Assembly (NCBI GenBank): GCA_036522515.1
Contig: DATDFQ010000015.1
Span: forward strand, 129,073-193,072
Direction of reading: 5' to 3'
Origin: Bacteroidota bacterium
Lineage (GTDB): Bacteria > Bacteroidota > Ignavibacteria > UBA10030 > SZUA-254
DNA length: 64,000 nt
This document shows, piece after piece, positions 1 to 10,885 of the stretch. The position numbers and the translations under genes were made by a program. The stretch's first letter is position 1; the number at the start of each line of letters is the position of its first letter. The notes below the pieces were generated by a model. That model ran no database searches. It saw only the letters and a program-made list of their open reading frames with translations, and was not told the DNA's origin.

Positions 1-673
1 TGCCGGCCTTCGCGCCCGGGGTTTGGGAGTTGAGATCGAGCAACTCCCCTTTGTGGACGATCCGGAAGTAGCCCTGCTTCTTCAGGTTGTCCAATTCTTC
101 CCGGAGGGTCGCCTTCGGGTGGACCTGGAGGGGGAACAGAACATGAAGTTTCAATTCGGCGCGACCCTTCGCCTCCACGTCGAGGGACTCAAAGACGGTC
201 CGGACCGAGTCGCGGCGGACCAGGGAGCCGTCGTTGTAGCAATACGTTTTCCCGATCCGCGCGAAGAGGAGCCGGAGGTAGTCGTAGATTTCCGTGGTGG
301 TCCCGACCGTGGAGCGGGGGTTTCTCGCCGTCGTCTTTTGTTCGATCGCGATTGCGGGGCTGATCCCCTGGATGAGATCCACGTCGGGCTTGTCCATCCG
401 CTCGAGGAACTGGCGCGCGTACGCCGAGAGGCTCTCGACGAACCTCCGTTGGCCCTCGGCATAGATCGTGTCGAAGGCGAGGCTCGACTTTCCCGAGCCG
501 CTCACGCCGGTGAAGACGATCAGTTTGTTCCGGGGGAGCTCGAGGTCGATGTTTTTGAGGTTATGGACGCGGGCGCCGCGAATGATGATGCGGGAGCGGG
601 ACGGCTGCGGGGAATCCTCCTTCGGAGCGCCCGCGGCCCGGGCCGTCGTGCGGCGCCTGGCGGTCTTAAGCAT
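1..673 (-). CDS. uvrA: Excinuclease ABC subunit A (UvrA), N-terminal part; gene runs off the window start
   Basis: Reverse-strand translation gives ...[62 protein letters not shown]..., the UvrA N-terminal Walker A region. An Arg/Ala-rich 30-aa leader precedes it, so the true start is uncertain. The ORF track misses it because it is truncated by the window edge. Confidence 0.85.
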   Translation of the reverse strand, partial: MLKTARRRTTARAAGAPKEDSPQPSRSRIIIRGARVHNLKNIDLELPRNKLIVFTGVSGSGKSSLAFDTIYAEGQRRFVESLSAYARQFLERMDKPDVDLIQGISPAIAIEQKTTARNPRSTVGTTTEIYDYLRLLFARIGKTYCYNDGSLVRRDSVRTVFESLDVEAKGRAELKLHVLFPLQVHPKATLREELDNLKKQGYFRIVHKGELLDLNSQTPGAKAG

Positions 674-708
674 GGATCTGGCGGGTTTGGACGGGAACGA
701 AGAGGTGG

Positions 709-2502
709 TCAGGGCGCGGCCGGTTCACCGTGGTACTCCTGGAGCGATCTCACGTCGGGCTTTTGATCCCGCATCCATTGGATCCCTTTCACCGCAGCGG
801 CGGCGGCCGAGATCGTCGTGATCATCAGCAGTTTCGCTTCGAGCGCCGCGTTGCCGATCGCCAGCTCGTCGAAGCGCGACGTTTCGCCGAGAGGCGTGTT
901 GACGACGATCTGAATCTCTCCGTTCTTGATAAGATCGACCACGTTCGGCCTCCCCTCGTTCACCTTGAAGAGCTTCACATACTCGACCCCGTGCTGCCCC
1001 AGGAACGAACCGGTGCCCGCCGTCGCGAAGATGCCGAAGCCGAGCTTCCGGAAGCCCTTCGCGACTTCTATCATCCGGTAGTTCTTGTCGTTGTCGTTCA
1101 CGCTGATGAAGACTCCCCCTTCCAGGGCGAGGTTTCCCCCGGCGCCGATGAACGCTTTCGCCATCGCCTCGCCGTACGTCCCGGAGATCGCCATCACCTC
1201 TCCCGTCGAACGCATCTCGGGGCCCAGATAGACATTCGCCTGGGGGAACTTTCCGAACGGGAAGACCGGCTCCTTGACGGCGATGTACTTCGGAGGGGAA
1301 TCGAGCGGCACCCCCAGCTCCCTGAGCGTACGGCCCACCATGACCTTCGCGGCGATCTTCGCAATCGGAATTCCCATGGCCTTGCTGACGAACGGGACTG
1401 TCCGCGAGGCACGCGGGTTCACTTCCAGGACGTAGACGAGGCCCCCCTTTTCGGCGCACTGAACGTTGAGGAGCCCGCGCACATCGAGCGCGAGAGCGAG
1501 CTTGCGCGTAAAATCCTTGAGCTGTTCGATGACCTGGACACTCTCCACCTGGGGCATGAGCACGCAGGCGCTGTCGCCGGAGTGAATCCCCGCCTCCTCG
1601 ATATGCTGGAGCACTCCCCCGATGAGAACGTCCTTCCCGTCGCAGACCGCGTCGACGTCGAATTCCTTCGCATCCTCCAGAAACTTGTCGATGAGCACCG
1701 GATGGTCCGGGGAAAGCTCGACCGCGGCCTTGATGTACTCCTCCAGAGACTCCGGCTTATAGACGATCACCATCGCCCTGCCGCCGAGGACATAGGACGG
1801 GCGGACGAGAACGGGATACCCGATCTTCTCCGCGACCACGCGGGCTTCCTCAACCGAGCTCGCTGTGCCGAAGCGCGGCGAGGGGATGTGCAGTTTCTCG
1901 AGAAGCTCCCCGAACCGTTTGCGATCCTCCGCGATATCGATCCCTTCCGGGGAGGTGCCGAGGATCTTCACCCCGTTCGCCTCCAGGGCGCGCGCGAGCT
2001 TCAGCGGGGTCTGCCCGCCAAAACTCACGATGACGCCGTCCGGTTTTTCCACGTCGCAGACGTCAAGGACATGTTCCAGCGTGAGCGGTTCGAAATACAA
2101 CTTGTCCGTCTGGTCGTAGTCCGTCGAGACCGTCTCCGGATTGCAATTGATCATGATGGTCTCGTACCCTTCCTCGCGGAGGGCAAAAACGCTTTGCACG
2201 CAGCAGTAGTCGAACTCGATCCCCTGGCCGATCCGGTTGGGCCCGCCCCCGAGGATAATGACCTTCTTCCTCGGGGACCGCACGGCTTCGGTCTCGGAGT
2301 CGTACGTCGAATAGTGATACGGCGTATGCGCTTCGAACTCCGCCGCGCAGGTGTCGACCGCCTTGAACACCGGCCTGACTCCCATTCCCTCGCGCAACCG
2401 CCGGACCGCCGGCTCGTCGGTCCGCCAGAGATAGGCAAGCTGGCGGTCCGAAAATCCGAATTGCTTGGCGCGGAGGAGTATGTCGCGGGTGATCTGCTTC
2501 AT
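709..2502 (-). CDS. carB: Carbamoyl-phosphate synthase large subunit, C-terminal half (second ATP-grasp domain plus MGS-like domain)
   Basis: 597 aa. It begins inside the oligomerisation domain ([15 protein letters not shown]...[20 protein letters not shown]...[17 protein letters not shown]), followed by the second ATP-grasp domain and an MGS-like tail. Confidence 0.9.
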   Translation of the reverse strand: MKQITRDILLRAKQFGFSDRQLAYLWRTDEPAVRRLREGMGVRPVFKAVDTCAAEFEAHTPYHYSTYDSETEAVRSPRKKVIILGGGPNRIGQGIEFDYCCVQSVFALREEGYETIMINCNPETVSTDYDQTDKLYFEPLTLEHVLDVCDVEKPDGVIVSFGGQTPLKLARALEANGVKILGTSPEGIDIAEDRKRFGELLEKLHIPSPRFGTASSVEEARVVAEKIGYPVLVRPSYVLGGRAMVIVYKPESLEEYIKAAVELSPDHPVLIDKFLEDAKEFDVDAVCDGKDVLIGGVLQHIEEAGIHSGDSACVLMPQVESVQVIEQLKDFTRKLALALDVRGLLNVQCAEKGGLVYVLEVNPRASRTVPFVSKAMGIPIAKIAAKVMVGRTLRELGVPLDSPPKYIAVKEPVFPFGKFPQANVYLGPEMRSTGEVMAISGTYGEAMAKAFIGAGGNLALEGGVFISVNDNDKNYRMIEVAKGFRKLGFGIFATAGTGSFLGQHGVEYVKLFKVNEGRPNVVDLIKNGEIQIVVNTPLGETSRFDELAIGNAALEAKLLMITTISAAAAAVKGIQWMRDQKPDVRSLQEYHGEPAAP

Positions 2503-2507
2503 GCGCG

Positions 2508-2999
2508 CTACCGCTTCGCGGCCGGCTCCTTTGATTTCAGATTTCTCAGCGTATTGAGCTGCTCGGGCGTGAGGATCCTTCTCGTTTTCAGGCGGGCGGC
2601 CAGGTGGACTGCCCGGAGTTTCCCCCTGAGGCGGCCGATCTGCTCGGCGTCGTCGCGCACCGATTGCTCGCTCACGAGTCCGGTCCGGAAGGCGTCGTTC
2701 AGCTCTCCCTCGACGCCGACGATCCGCTTTCCGAGCTCGATCGCCCGCAGGCGCATCTCCTCCGAGGCGGCGCGGAGTGATTTCACCTGAGCCTCGGTGA
2801 GCTTGAGATCCTTTTCAAGTTCCAGCACGCGTCCGGGAGCGGGGTACCCTGTCAGCTCGGCCGGCCGCTCGGACGCCGGCTCGCCTCCCGAGAGGAGGAC
2901 CTCACGGTCGGGCGGGACCTGGCCCCGGACCGCAGGAACCGACACGGCAAGACTAAGAATGCTGAAACAACCGGCGAGAATCAGTGTTCGAATGTTCAT
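2508..2999 (-). CDS. Periplasmic LTXXQ-motif protein (CpxP/Spy-like family), between the two carB halves
   Basis: Signal peptide MNIRTLILAGCFSILSLAVSVPA. Two LTxxQ motifs (LTEAQVKSL, LTPEQLNTL) in a helical Arg/Leu-rich protein. The start is chosen at the Met before the signal peptide; the longer ORF to 3128 overlaps the carB N-half. Confidence 0.6.
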   Translation of the reverse strand: MNIRTLILAGCFSILSLAVSVPAVRGQVPPDREVLLSGGEPASERPAELTGYPAPGRVLELEKDLKLTEAQVKSLRAASEEMRLRAIELGKRIVGVEGELNDAFRTGLVSEQSVRDDAEQIGRLRGKLRAVHLAARLKTRRILTPEQLNTLRNLKSKEPAAKR

Positions 3000-3021
3000 G
3001 GCGCTTTCCGTTTCCAAAGGG

Positions 3022-4530
3022 TTATTGTAGTGACGCGTTCTCGACAGCGTACCCACGGAGTTCTTCCTCCATTTCGACGATCTGCCGGATATTGTGGAGA
3101 AACCACCGGTCGATGCGGGTGATTTCAAACAGCTCGTCGACGCTCACGCCGAGCTGAAGCGCGGTCCGCAGAAGGAACAGGTTGTCCGCCTTGGGAGTGT
3201 GCAGCCGCTGGATCGTTTTTTTCCTCAGCGCGTTCCGGGCCTCTTCGCTCAGAGAGCCGGCCTCGACTTCGTCCTTGCCGTCCGCTCCGAGGCCGTGCCT
3301 GCCGCGTTCGAGCGAGCGGAGCGCTTTCTGGAGCGCCTCCTTGAACGTCCTTCCGAACGCCATGACTTCCCCCACCGATTTCATCTGGACGCCGAGCGTG
3401 TCGTCGACGCCCTTGAACTTCTCAAAATCCCACCGCGGAATCTTGACGACGCAATAATCGATCGTTGGCTCGAACGAGGCGGGGGTCTTCCTTGTGATAT
3501 CGTTCGGGATCTCGTCGAGCGTATATCCGACGGCGAGCCGGGCGGCGATTTTCGCGATCGGAAAGCCGGTCGCCTTCGAGGCGAGCGCCGAGGAGCGGGA
3601 GACACGGGGATTCATCTCGATCACGAGCATTCTGCCGTCGGCAGGGTTCACGCCGAACTGTATGTTCGATCCGCCCGTCTCAACGCCGATCGCCCGTATG
3701 ATCCGCAGGGTCGCGTCGCGCATCGACTGGTATTCCTTGTCGGTGAGGGTCTGCGCGGGCGCGACCGTAATCGAGTCGCCGGTGTGCACGCCCATCGGAT
3801 CGACATTCTCGATGGAGCAGACGATGACGACATTGTCGTTCAGGTCCCGCATCACCTCGAGCTCGAATTCCTTCCAGCCGATGATCGATTCCTCGATCTG
3901 GATCTCGTGGACGGGGCTCGCGGCGAGGGCATGCTCGACCCTCGTCTTGAATTCCTCTATGTTGTAGGAGATTCCCCCGCCGCTCCCGCCCAGGGTGAAG
4001 GACGGGCGGAGAATAATCGGAAAGCGGATTTCGGTCGCAAGGTCCATGGCTTCCTGGAGGCTCCGGACGAGCCCGCCGCGGGGCGTCTCAAGGCCGATCT
4101 CCCGCATGGTTTTCTGGAAGAGCTGCCGGTCTTCCGCCTTCCTGATCGCCTCGAGCTTCGCGCCGATCAGCTCGACATGATACCGCTCAAGAACCCCGTT
4201 TTCGGCGAGCGCGACGGCAATATTCAGGGCGGTTTGACCTCCCATCGTAGGGAGGAGCGCGTCGGGCCGCTCCCGCTCGATGATCCGCTCGACGAAGTAG
4301 GGGGTGATCGGTTCCACGTAGGTGCGGTCCGCGAATTCCGGATCGGTCATGATCGTCGCGGGGTTGCTGTTGATGAGGATGACCCGGTAGCCCTCCTCCC
4401 GCAGGACCCTGCACGCCTGCGTGCCGGAATAGTCGAATTCGCACGCCTGTCCGATGACGATCGGTCCGGCACCGATGACGAGAATTGAATGAAGGTCTTG
4501 ACGTCTGGGCATTGGTTCAGGAGGTTTCAA
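3022..4530 (-). CDS. carB: Carbamoyl-phosphate synthase large subunit, N-terminal half (first ATP-grasp domain plus start of oligomerisation domain)
   Basis: 502 aa. [59 protein letters not shown]... It ends within the oligomerisation domain. Confidence 0.9.
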   Translation of the reverse strand: MKPPEPMPRRQDLHSILVIGAGPIVIGQACEFDYSGTQACRVLREEGYRVILINSNPATIMTDPEFADRTYVEPITPYFVERIIERERPDALLPTMGGQTALNIAVALAENGVLERYHVELIGAKLEAIRKAEDRQLFQKTMREIGLETPRGGLVRSLQEAMDLATEIRFPIILRPSFTLGGSGGGISYNIEEFKTRVEHALAASPVHEIQIEESIIGWKEFELEVMRDLNDNVVIVCSIENVDPMGVHTGDSITVAPAQTLTDKEYQSMRDATLRIIRAIGVETGGSNIQFGVNPADGRMLVIEMNPRVSRSSALASKATGFPIAKIAARLAVGYTLDEIPNDITRKTPASFEPTIDYCVVKIPRWDFEKFKGVDDTLGVQMKSVGEVMAFGRTFKEALQKALRSLERGRHGLGADGKDEVEAGSLSEEARNALRKKTIQRLHTPKADNLFLLRTALQLGVSVDELFEITRIDRWFLHNIRQIVEMEEELRGYAVENASLQ

Positions 4531-4603
4531 AAAGATAGGAAAATTATTCCAGAGTTGCCACAGAAACTGCGCAGGTGGAGTGTCTCAATTTGGCCGAATG
4601 TCT

Positions 4604-4690
4604 CTCCACCTCGTCATGCTGACATGCTCCTGGTCAGCATCTTTCAACTCTTTTTTTCTCGTTCCCACGCTCCGCGTGGGAACGGGTCTT
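4604..4690. repeat. Intergenic hairpin repeat units (ATGCTGAC...GTCAGCAT hairpin with T-run, then GTTCCCACGCTCCGCGTGGGAAC hairpin)
   Basis: The first unit matches 25517-25560 in inverted orientation. The second unit matches the first hairpin of the 116-bp repeats at 53179 and 55289. Confidence 0.6.
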
Positions 4691-4811
4691 TCGGCCGCTC
4701 TGCGGCCGGGCGCGCGAAGCGCCCCTCCTCTGTGTTGAATCTCGCTGCAAATATTCCTACATTGGCGCGATCGCAGTCCACAGTGATTCAAGCTCCGGAG
4801 GTGTCACTTCC

Positions 4812-5459
4812 ATGACCCGATTCACGTTGATTCTTCTGACGGCCCTCGCATTCGTGCAGATCGCTTCTTCACAAGAGGAACCCGCCCCGCAACGGAGGAC
4901 CAGGCTCGCGATCGAGCTCGGGTATTACAGCCCGGCGAGAGAATCGTTCCGCCTGAACTACGACCAGAGCCTGTTCGCGGGGTCGGCTTCCGTCCCGGTC
5001 TCGCTCGGGCTCGAACTCGACCGTCCCCTCTCGGCGCAGACCGACCTCTACCTGGCCGTCAGGAGAATCAACCACCGTTTGAAGTCCGACAACGATGTTT
5101 CGCTCGCCCTCATGCCGGTCACGCTCGGCATCCATTACTACATTCCGAAGGATTTTATAACCCTCTCAGGATGGACCCCCTACATCGGAGCCGGCGCGGA
5201 GTTCTACTGGACCAGGTTCTCGTCGACTTATCTTGCGACCCAGAACGATCCTACGCCCCTCGCAGAGGTGAGCACAACCGACAATTTTCTGGGGTACGGA
5301 GTCGATCTCGGCCTCGGAATCGAACACCCGTGGGGTGAAGTCTTCTCAAGCAGTTTCGGGATCGACTATGACATCAACCGGCTCGGCTTCTCCGATGAAG
5401 GGGGGCTTGGAAACGTCGGCGGTTTTCTCTTCCATGCACGGCTTGCCATAAGTTTTTGA
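4812..5459 (+). CDS. Outer-membrane beta-barrel protein (OmpW/porin-like)
   Basis: Signal peptide, alternating hydrophobic beta-strand pattern, C-terminal aromatic residue (..RLAISF). Confidence 0.5.
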   Translation: MTRFTLILLTALAFVQIASSQEEPAPQRRTRLAIELGYYSPARESFRLNYDQSLFAGSASVPVSLGLELDRPLSAQTDLYLAVRRINHRLKSDNDVSLALMPVTLGIHYYIPKDFITLSGWTPYIGAGAEFYWTRFSSTYLATQNDPTPLAEVSTTDNFLGYGVDLGLGIEHPWGEVFSSSFGIDYDINRLGFSDEGGLGNVGGFLFHARLAISF

Positions 5460-5472
5460 GGAGGTCTCAACC

Positions 5473-5889
5473 ATGAAGAAGCGTTTAACGATAACTGCCT
5501 TCAATTTTTTGATCATGATGTTCCTCGCCGGCTGCCGGTTCGATTCACCCTCTCCGGACGGACCGGCATTCACTTCATCGGCGGGCGGGCCAGAAGGGTC
5601 TGTCGTACCTTCCGCTTATGCGATCTACACCCCGTACCCGAACCCTTTCAACGGTACGACATCGGTGGAAGTCTCCCTGCCGGTCGCGTCACAAATCCTT
5701 CTCGTCGTCCAGAACCCGGTGGGAGATGTGGTCGAAACGCTCGCTTCCGGATTCCATGAACCCGGTCTCTATAAGGTCGTGTGGGATGCAACGAAGGGCG
5801 GCACCCGCGACCTGAGGGCCGGCACCTACTTCATCACGCTTTACGCCCCCGGATTCACCGGCTCCAGAACCGCACGGCTGGAGAAATGA
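5473..5889 (+). CDS. Small lipoprotein with T9SS-CTD/FlgD-Ig-like C-terminal domain
   Basis: Lipobox LAGC. YPNPFNGTT motif followed by an Ig-like beta domain. 4-bp overlap with the next gene. Confidence 0.45.
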   Translation: MKKRLTITAFNFLIMMFLAGCRFDSPSPDGPAFTSSAGGPEGSVVPSAYAIYTPYPNPFNGTTSVEVSLPVASQILLVVQNPVGDVVETLASGFHEPGLYKVVWDATKGGTRDLRAGTYFITLYAPGFTGSRTARLEK

Positions 5890-6992
5890 AGCCGCCGCCG
5901 CCCGGGATCTCCCCCGACGATTTCACGATCGTTCCCCTGGCGCGCGCCGAAACGATTCCTTCCTCCTGGTACACCGACCCCCGGCTGTTCGATTTCGAGA
6001 GGGAGTCCGTCTTCTCCCGGACCTGGCAATTGGCCGGGCACGCGGGACGCCTGGCGAAACCCGGAGACTATCTTGCCGGCTCGGCGGCCGGCAATCCGAT
6101 CCTCCTCGTTCGCGGCAAGGACAATCTCCTCCGGGCATTCTATAATGTCTGCCGCCATCGCGGCGGTCCGATCGCAATCGAAGAGAGCGGGAATTGCAAC
6201 GCGCTGCAATGCAAATACCACGGCTGGACCTACACGCTGGAGGGGATGCTCAGGGGAGTTCCCCAATTCGACCGCGTGGAACTCTTCGACCGGAAGGACT
6301 ACGGCCTGATCCCCGTCGGGTTCGACTCCTGGCAGGGTCTCCAGTTCGTCAACCTTTCCGGCGCGGGGGAACCGGGCCTTCAATCGATGCTGGAGCCGGT
6401 CGCGAAACGGATCGCCCCCATCGACCTCACGGCCAGGAAGTTCTACCGCCGGGTCGAATACCGGCTCGAATGCAACTGGAAGGTCTACGTCGATAACTAC
6501 CTCGAGGGTTACCATCTCCCGTATGTGCACCCCGAACTCTGCAACCTTCTCGATTACCGGCAGTACGTCACGGAGACGTTCGAGCACGTTTCACTCCAGT
6601 ACAGCCCATTGAACGAGGACAAGATCTACGGGTCGATGGGGCAGAACGACGGGGCCTTCTACTATTTCATCTTTCCGAACACGATGCTGAACATCCTCCC
6701 GGGACGGCTTCAGACGAACGTCGTCGTTCCCCTCGCGCACGACAGGACGAAGGTGATTTTCGACTACTACTACGACGACGTCACATCGCCCCAGGCGGTC
6801 CGGCTCATCGAGGAGGACATCGAGTACAGCGAGCGCGTGCAACAGGAGGACATCGAAATTTGCGAGCATGTCCAGAACGGGCTGAATTCGGCGGCCTACG
6901 ACCGGGGGCGATTCTCGGTGGAGATGGAGCGGGGGGTGTACCATTTCCAATGCCTCCTGAAAGACGCCTACCGGAAATTCCTGAGCCGCTGA
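5886..6992 (+). CDS. Rieske [2Fe-2S] aromatic-ring-hydroxylating / demethylating oxygenase alpha subunit
   Basis: Rieske motif CRHRG...CKYHGW. Mononuclear Fe catalytic domain (EGYHLPYVH). Start chosen at MKPPPPG rather than the longer ORF call. Confidence 0.75.
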   Translation: MKPPPPGISPDDFTIVPLARAETIPSSWYTDPRLFDFERESVFSRTWQLAGHAGRLAKPGDYLAGSAAGNPILLVRGKDNLLRAFYNVCRHRGGPIAIEESGNCNALQCKYHGWTYTLEGMLRGVPQFDRVELFDRKDYGLIPVGFDSWQGLQFVNLSGAGEPGLQSMLEPVAKRIAPIDLTARKFYRRVEYRLECNWKVYVDNYLEGYHLPYVHPELCNLLDYRQYVTETFEHVSLQYSPLNEDKIYGSMGQNDGAFYYFIFPNTMLNILPGRLQTNVVVPLAHDRTKVIFDYYYDDVTSPQAVRLIEEDIEYSERVQQEDIEICEHVQNGLNSAAYDRGRFSVEMERGVYHFQCLLKDAYRKFLSR

Positions 6993-7008
6993 CAGGTTAT
7001 TCCCGTTT

Positions 7009-8388
7009 GTGATTCTGAGGAGCGAAGCGACGAATAATCTGGATCCCGGCCCCGGCCCCCAGGGGGCGGAGAAAGAGCTCCCACGCGAGCTCTCGCTCCT
7101 CGACTCGACGATGATCAATGCCGGGAGCATGATCGGCTCCGGAATCTTCATCGTCCCCGCGACGATCGCCCTCCAGCTTCACTCCTCGGTGGCAGTCCTG
7201 GCGGTCTGGGTCGTGGGCGGAATCGTGAGCCTCTTCGGAGCCCTCTCCGTGGCCGAGCTTGGAGCGATGATGCCGAGGGCGGGAGGAATGTACGTCTACC
7301 TGCGGGAAGCCTACGGGCCCCTCTGGGGGTTCCTCTACGGCTGGACGGCCTTTGCCTGCATCAACACCGCGTCGATCGCAGCGATCGCAGCCACGTTCGC
7401 CCTCTACTTGAGCTACTTTTTCCCGATGGGCCCCGCCGGGCGGGCCGTCGTGGCCGTCGCCTCGATCGTCTTTCTCACGATCGTCAATTGTTTCGGGATC
7501 AGGCTGGGCGCGCTCGTCCAGAACGGATTCACGCTCCTGAAAATCGGATCGCTCGTTCTTCTGGCGATTCTCAGCTTCGTCCTCAGCGGCGGATCGTTCG
7601 CAAATTTTTCGCCTCTCCTCCCGGTCGAGCCGCTCTCGAGCCTGGCCGGGCCTCTCATGCTCGCCATGATCGCAGCCCTCTTCTCCTACGACGGCTGGAT
7701 CGAGATCACGTACGTCGCGGGCGAAGTGAAACAGCCGGGCCGCACGATCCCGCGCGCCCTCTTCCTCTCGACCGTCATCGTCATCGGCCTCTACGTCGCG
7801 GTGACCTGCGGCTTGCTCTACGTGCTGCCGCTCAGCAAGATGGCCGGATCGTCCATGGTCGTCTCGGACGCCGCGGTAACGTTCCTGGGAAGCTGGGGAG
7901 CGGCCGCCGTCTCACTCGCAGTAATCATCTCGACCTTCGGAGCCAACAACGGGTTCATTTTCACCTGTCCCCGAATCTACTATGCCATGGCGAAGGAGGG
8001 AATCTTTTTCAACTGGCTGGCGAATATTTCCCCGAAGTACCGCACCCCCATCGGATCGTTGATCGCCCAGGCCGTTCTCGCATCGGTCCTCGTGCTGTCA
8101 GGCACTTTCGATCAGCTGGCGACGTACGTCGTCTTCGCTTCCTGGGTCTTCTACGCAATGTCGGTTGTCGCGGTAATACGGCTCCGGAGAAGCCGGCCCT
8201 CGGCCGACCGGCCCTACCGGACATGGGGATACCCGGTGACCCCGGTCCTCTTCGTTCTCTTCTCGCTCTACCTCGTCGCCGAAACGGTCATCGAAGACCC
8301 CCGCGACGCCGCCGTCGGCACCGCCATCATCCTGGCCGGAATTCCGCTCTATTACTATTGGCGAAGGCGGGCAGGTCGATTTCTCTGA
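7009..8388 (+). CDS. APC-family amino acid / amine permease
   Basis: 12-TM hydrophobic profile. N-terminal LDSTMINAGSMIGSGIFIVP signature of APC transporters. Confidence 0.75.
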   Translation: MILRSEATNNLDPGPGPQGAEKELPRELSLLDSTMINAGSMIGSGIFIVPATIALQLHSSVAVLAVWVVGGIVSLFGALSVAELGAMMPRAGGMYVYLREAYGPLWGFLYGWTAFACINTASIAAIAATFALYLSYFFPMGPAGRAVVAVASIVFLTIVNCFGIRLGALVQNGFTLLKIGSLVLLAILSFVLSGGSFANFSPLLPVEPLSSLAGPLMLAMIAALFSYDGWIEITYVAGEVKQPGRTIPRALFLSTVIVIGLYVAVTCGLLYVLPLSKMAGSSMVVSDAAVTFLGSWGAAAVSLAVIISTFGANNGFIFTCPRIYYAMAKEGIFFNWLANISPKYRTPIGSLIAQAVLASVLVLSGTFDQLATYVVFASWVFYAMSVVAVIRLRRSRPSADRPYRTWGYPVTPVLFVLFSLYLVAETVIEDPRDAAVGTAIILAGIPLYYYWRRRAGRFL

Positions 8389-8511
8389 TTCGCCGGATGA
8401 GGGTAGAACACACGAAACGGAATGGGAATGAGCCGGCCGCCCCGGAGTCTTGTCCCTGAAAAAGTTTCCGAACACCTCAGGAGGGGGGCCGGCTCATTGG
8501 AAGCACGCACC

Positions 8512-10587
8512 TTACTTCATCAGAATCGCTTTCTTCATCTCCGTGAATTTTTCGCTCCTGATACGATAGAAGTAGATCCCGCTGGGTAACCTGGCTGCGT
8601 CAAGCATGGCCGACCTGTGTCCCGCTCCCTGGACACCGTCGACCAGTGTCAGGACTTCCCGGCCGAAAACGTCGTACACACGCAGGTTCACATATATCTC
8701 CTCAGGAAGGTCGTAGGTAATCACGGTCGTCGGGTTGAAGGGATTAGGAAAGTTTTGGCCCAGAGCGTAGCGTACCGGGGTCATCTCGGTCCGGGCATTG
8801 GTCTCGACTTCTCCGGAAGCGAGAGCAGTCTGAGCCCTCTTTCCCGAAAGCACCCCCGATCCGCCTGTCTGCTTCGTGAAATACGTGATGGGATTCGAAT
8901 TGTGCTGGTCATCAGGAAAGACGATCATGTCCATCCCATCAAGGTAGACTGTGTTGGCGAAATACTCTGCCAGGTTGCGAGTCCCGGAAGCACAGCCCGT
9001 GCCGTTGACACAAATGGCGCCGGTGTGGATGACCCCTGTTGCCGCGTTTTCGCTGATGGTAGGGGCCTTCGAGAGCGCATTTTGCGTCTGAGCGAAGAAG
9101 ACACTCCACTGGGCTGAGCTTGAGAGGCTCGACGAAGAGGATGTTCCCCACCATGTGATGTTCACTTTTCCTGCATCGCCGGCATCGACCCATGGGCCCA
9201 GGGCGGTCTTTGTGCCGCCTCCGTTATTCACCCGCACCGGAAGAGTCCACGTGGCCCCCTGGTCCGAAGAGCTGAGCAGATAGATGTTTGTCCCGGTAGA
9301 ATAGACCGCATGCAGGTTGCTGCCGCGATCGACCGCGATAATGGGAAACACGTTCGACAGACGTGTCCCTGATGGGTCCTGATAAATCAGCTTGATGATA
9401 AACGTCCTGCCCCCGTCGCTCGACCTCGCGATGTAGAGTTGATTGGGAGAGCTTTGACCGACAAAGATGGTATATACATTGCCGTTGGATTGGTCGACGG
9501 CGATGTTGCCCTGATCCCCCGGCTGTACACCCAGCTCAGGCGTCGTCACTTCCGTCACTTGCGGAAACGTGATGCCCCCGTCGAACGATTTGACACAGAA
9601 GATGCTCTCGGTCCCCCCGAGAAGTGCGCCGAGCTGTTTGTAGGTGAGATAGAGTTCGTTGTTTCCGTGGGCGGCGATCCATTGACGGTCGTTGTCTGGC
9701 ACTACCGAAGAAACGGGGTTCGGAAGCCACGTCACCCCGCCGCTAAAGGATGAGCTTTGCGTGCACGATCCGAGCCAGAGAGAGTTCACGTAGACGTTTC
9801 CAGATGCCCCGACTGCGATATCCTCATCGCCTCCGCCTGCTCCTCCGCCCCGCGCAAGAGCGGACGCCGCCTGAGCCCCGTCGGGCTGGCCGAGATACGT
9901 GAAGCTCGCGCCGCCATTCGTCGATTTCCAGACGTCGGTTCCGGCGGGAATACCCTGGATCGCCGCGGCGTAAATATTTCCCAGCGCGTCAAATGCCGAG
10001 CGGGGTTCAAGCCCCTGAACGCCGAACACCAGATCGTCCGGGCCAAGCAGCGGCACTGGAGTCGAGAACGAAAACGCTCCGGTCTTGTACTTCGCGGAAC
10101 GGTATGGCGCGACCGGAGGCGCGGCGAGTGTGGCGAGACCCGAATAGGTCGCATTGACGGTCGCGAATGCAACGACCTGAACCTGAAATGTGCCGGTTGA
10201 AAGCTGGCCGAGATCGACCGACTCGCTCGTTGTGCCCCCCGACGCCGAGGAGTTTACCAGATTGCCTCCCGAGTCGTAGACGTACAGATCGAAGTCGTTC
10301 AGACTGCTTGCCCACGAGATGCCCACCCGCACGGTGTATGACGGGTTGGTCGCGTAAAAGCTCGATGGAATGTTGACCGTAAGCGAGTACTGGTCGCACG
10401 TCAACGAGGTGCATAAAGAGGGGTCGGCAGTCACAGCGGTGTACGGTCCGCCGGTCCATGACAACGAAGTCGAGACGGTACTCAGCGTACCGCTCCCCGG
10501 AGTCGCTGCGCTCGAAAACGGCGTATCCCAGATACCGATGAACCATGCAAGGGAGCAAACGATAGTCAAACGTGCGATGCGATTCAT
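8512..10587 (-). CDS. Secreted PPC-domain plus BNR/sialidase-repeat protein with T9SS C-terminal sorting domain
   Basis: Signal peptide (MNRIARLTIVCSLAWFIG). PPC-like N-domain. BNR motifs SxDxGxTF/W (SFDGGITF, SSDGGRTF, SSDQGATW). C-terminal NFPNPFNPTTVITYDL...YFYRI CTD. Confidence 0.7.
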   Translation of the reverse strand: MNRIARLTIVCSLAWFIGIWDTPFSSAATPGSGTLSTVSTSLSWTGGPYTAVTADPSLCTSLTCDQYSLTVNIPSSFYATNPSYTVRVGISWASSLNDFDLYVYDSGGNLVNSSASGGTTSESVDLGQLSTGTFQVQVVAFATVNATYSGLATLAAPPVAPYRSAKYKTGAFSFSTPVPLLGPDDLVFGVQGLEPRSAFDALGNIYAAAIQGIPAGTDVWKSTNGGASFTYLGQPDGAQAASALARGGGAGGGDEDIAVGASGNVYVNSLWLGSCTQSSSFSGGVTWLPNPVSSVVPDNDRQWIAAHGNNELYLTYKQLGALLGGTESIFCVKSFDGGITFPQVTEVTTPELGVQPGDQGNIAVDQSNGNVYTIFVGQSSPNQLYIARSSDGGRTFIIKLIYQDPSGTRLSNVFPIIAVDRGSNLHAVYSTGTNIYLLSSSDQGATWTLPVRVNNGGGTKTALGPWVDAGDAGKVNITWWGTSSSSSLSSSAQWSVFFAQTQNALSKAPTISENAATGVIHTGAICVNGTGCASGTRNLAEYFANTVYLDGMDMIVFPDDQHNSNPITYFTKQTGGSGVLSGKRAQTALASGEVETNARTEMTPVRYALGQNFPNPFNPTTVITYDLPEEIYVNLRVYDVFGREVLTLVDGVQGAGHRSAMLDAARLPSGIYFYRIRSEKFTEMKKAILMK

Positions 10588-10885
10588 GATCGTCCCCCTT
10601 TCCAAGGATGGTTGAGTGCCTCCGTAGTCCCTTCCGGCAGGCACCGAACAGGTTGCTTTCGCCTCCGCTTTCGAATGTAAAAACTGCCTACGCGCCAGTC
10701 AATAGAGGATGCGGCGTAATTTTTATTCTCCTGTATTGCTATGAGGGGTTAATGTGTTTCACCTAGGGGAAAACGATTGGGCCCGCCTTCGACCCCGGGC
10801 GACGGGGGCGCCGAGCTCCCCCGAATCAGATGGCTAAGAACTGGTGCACATATGCTCGAGGGTTGAACGTCAGCGTCATTACCAC

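Noticed and set aside
23-766. 247-aa plus-strand ORF at the window start
   Set aside because: Antisense to uvrA. The minus strand encodes a clear UvrA N-terminus in the same region.
730-2790. 686-aa plus-strand ORF
   Set aside because: Antisense shadow of the carB C-terminal half and the LTXXQ gene. The amino-acid composition is Arg/Asp/Leu-rich and there is no recognisable domain. The real genes are on the minus strand.
3094-4488. 464-aa plus-strand ORF
   Set aside because: Antisense to the carB N-terminal half.
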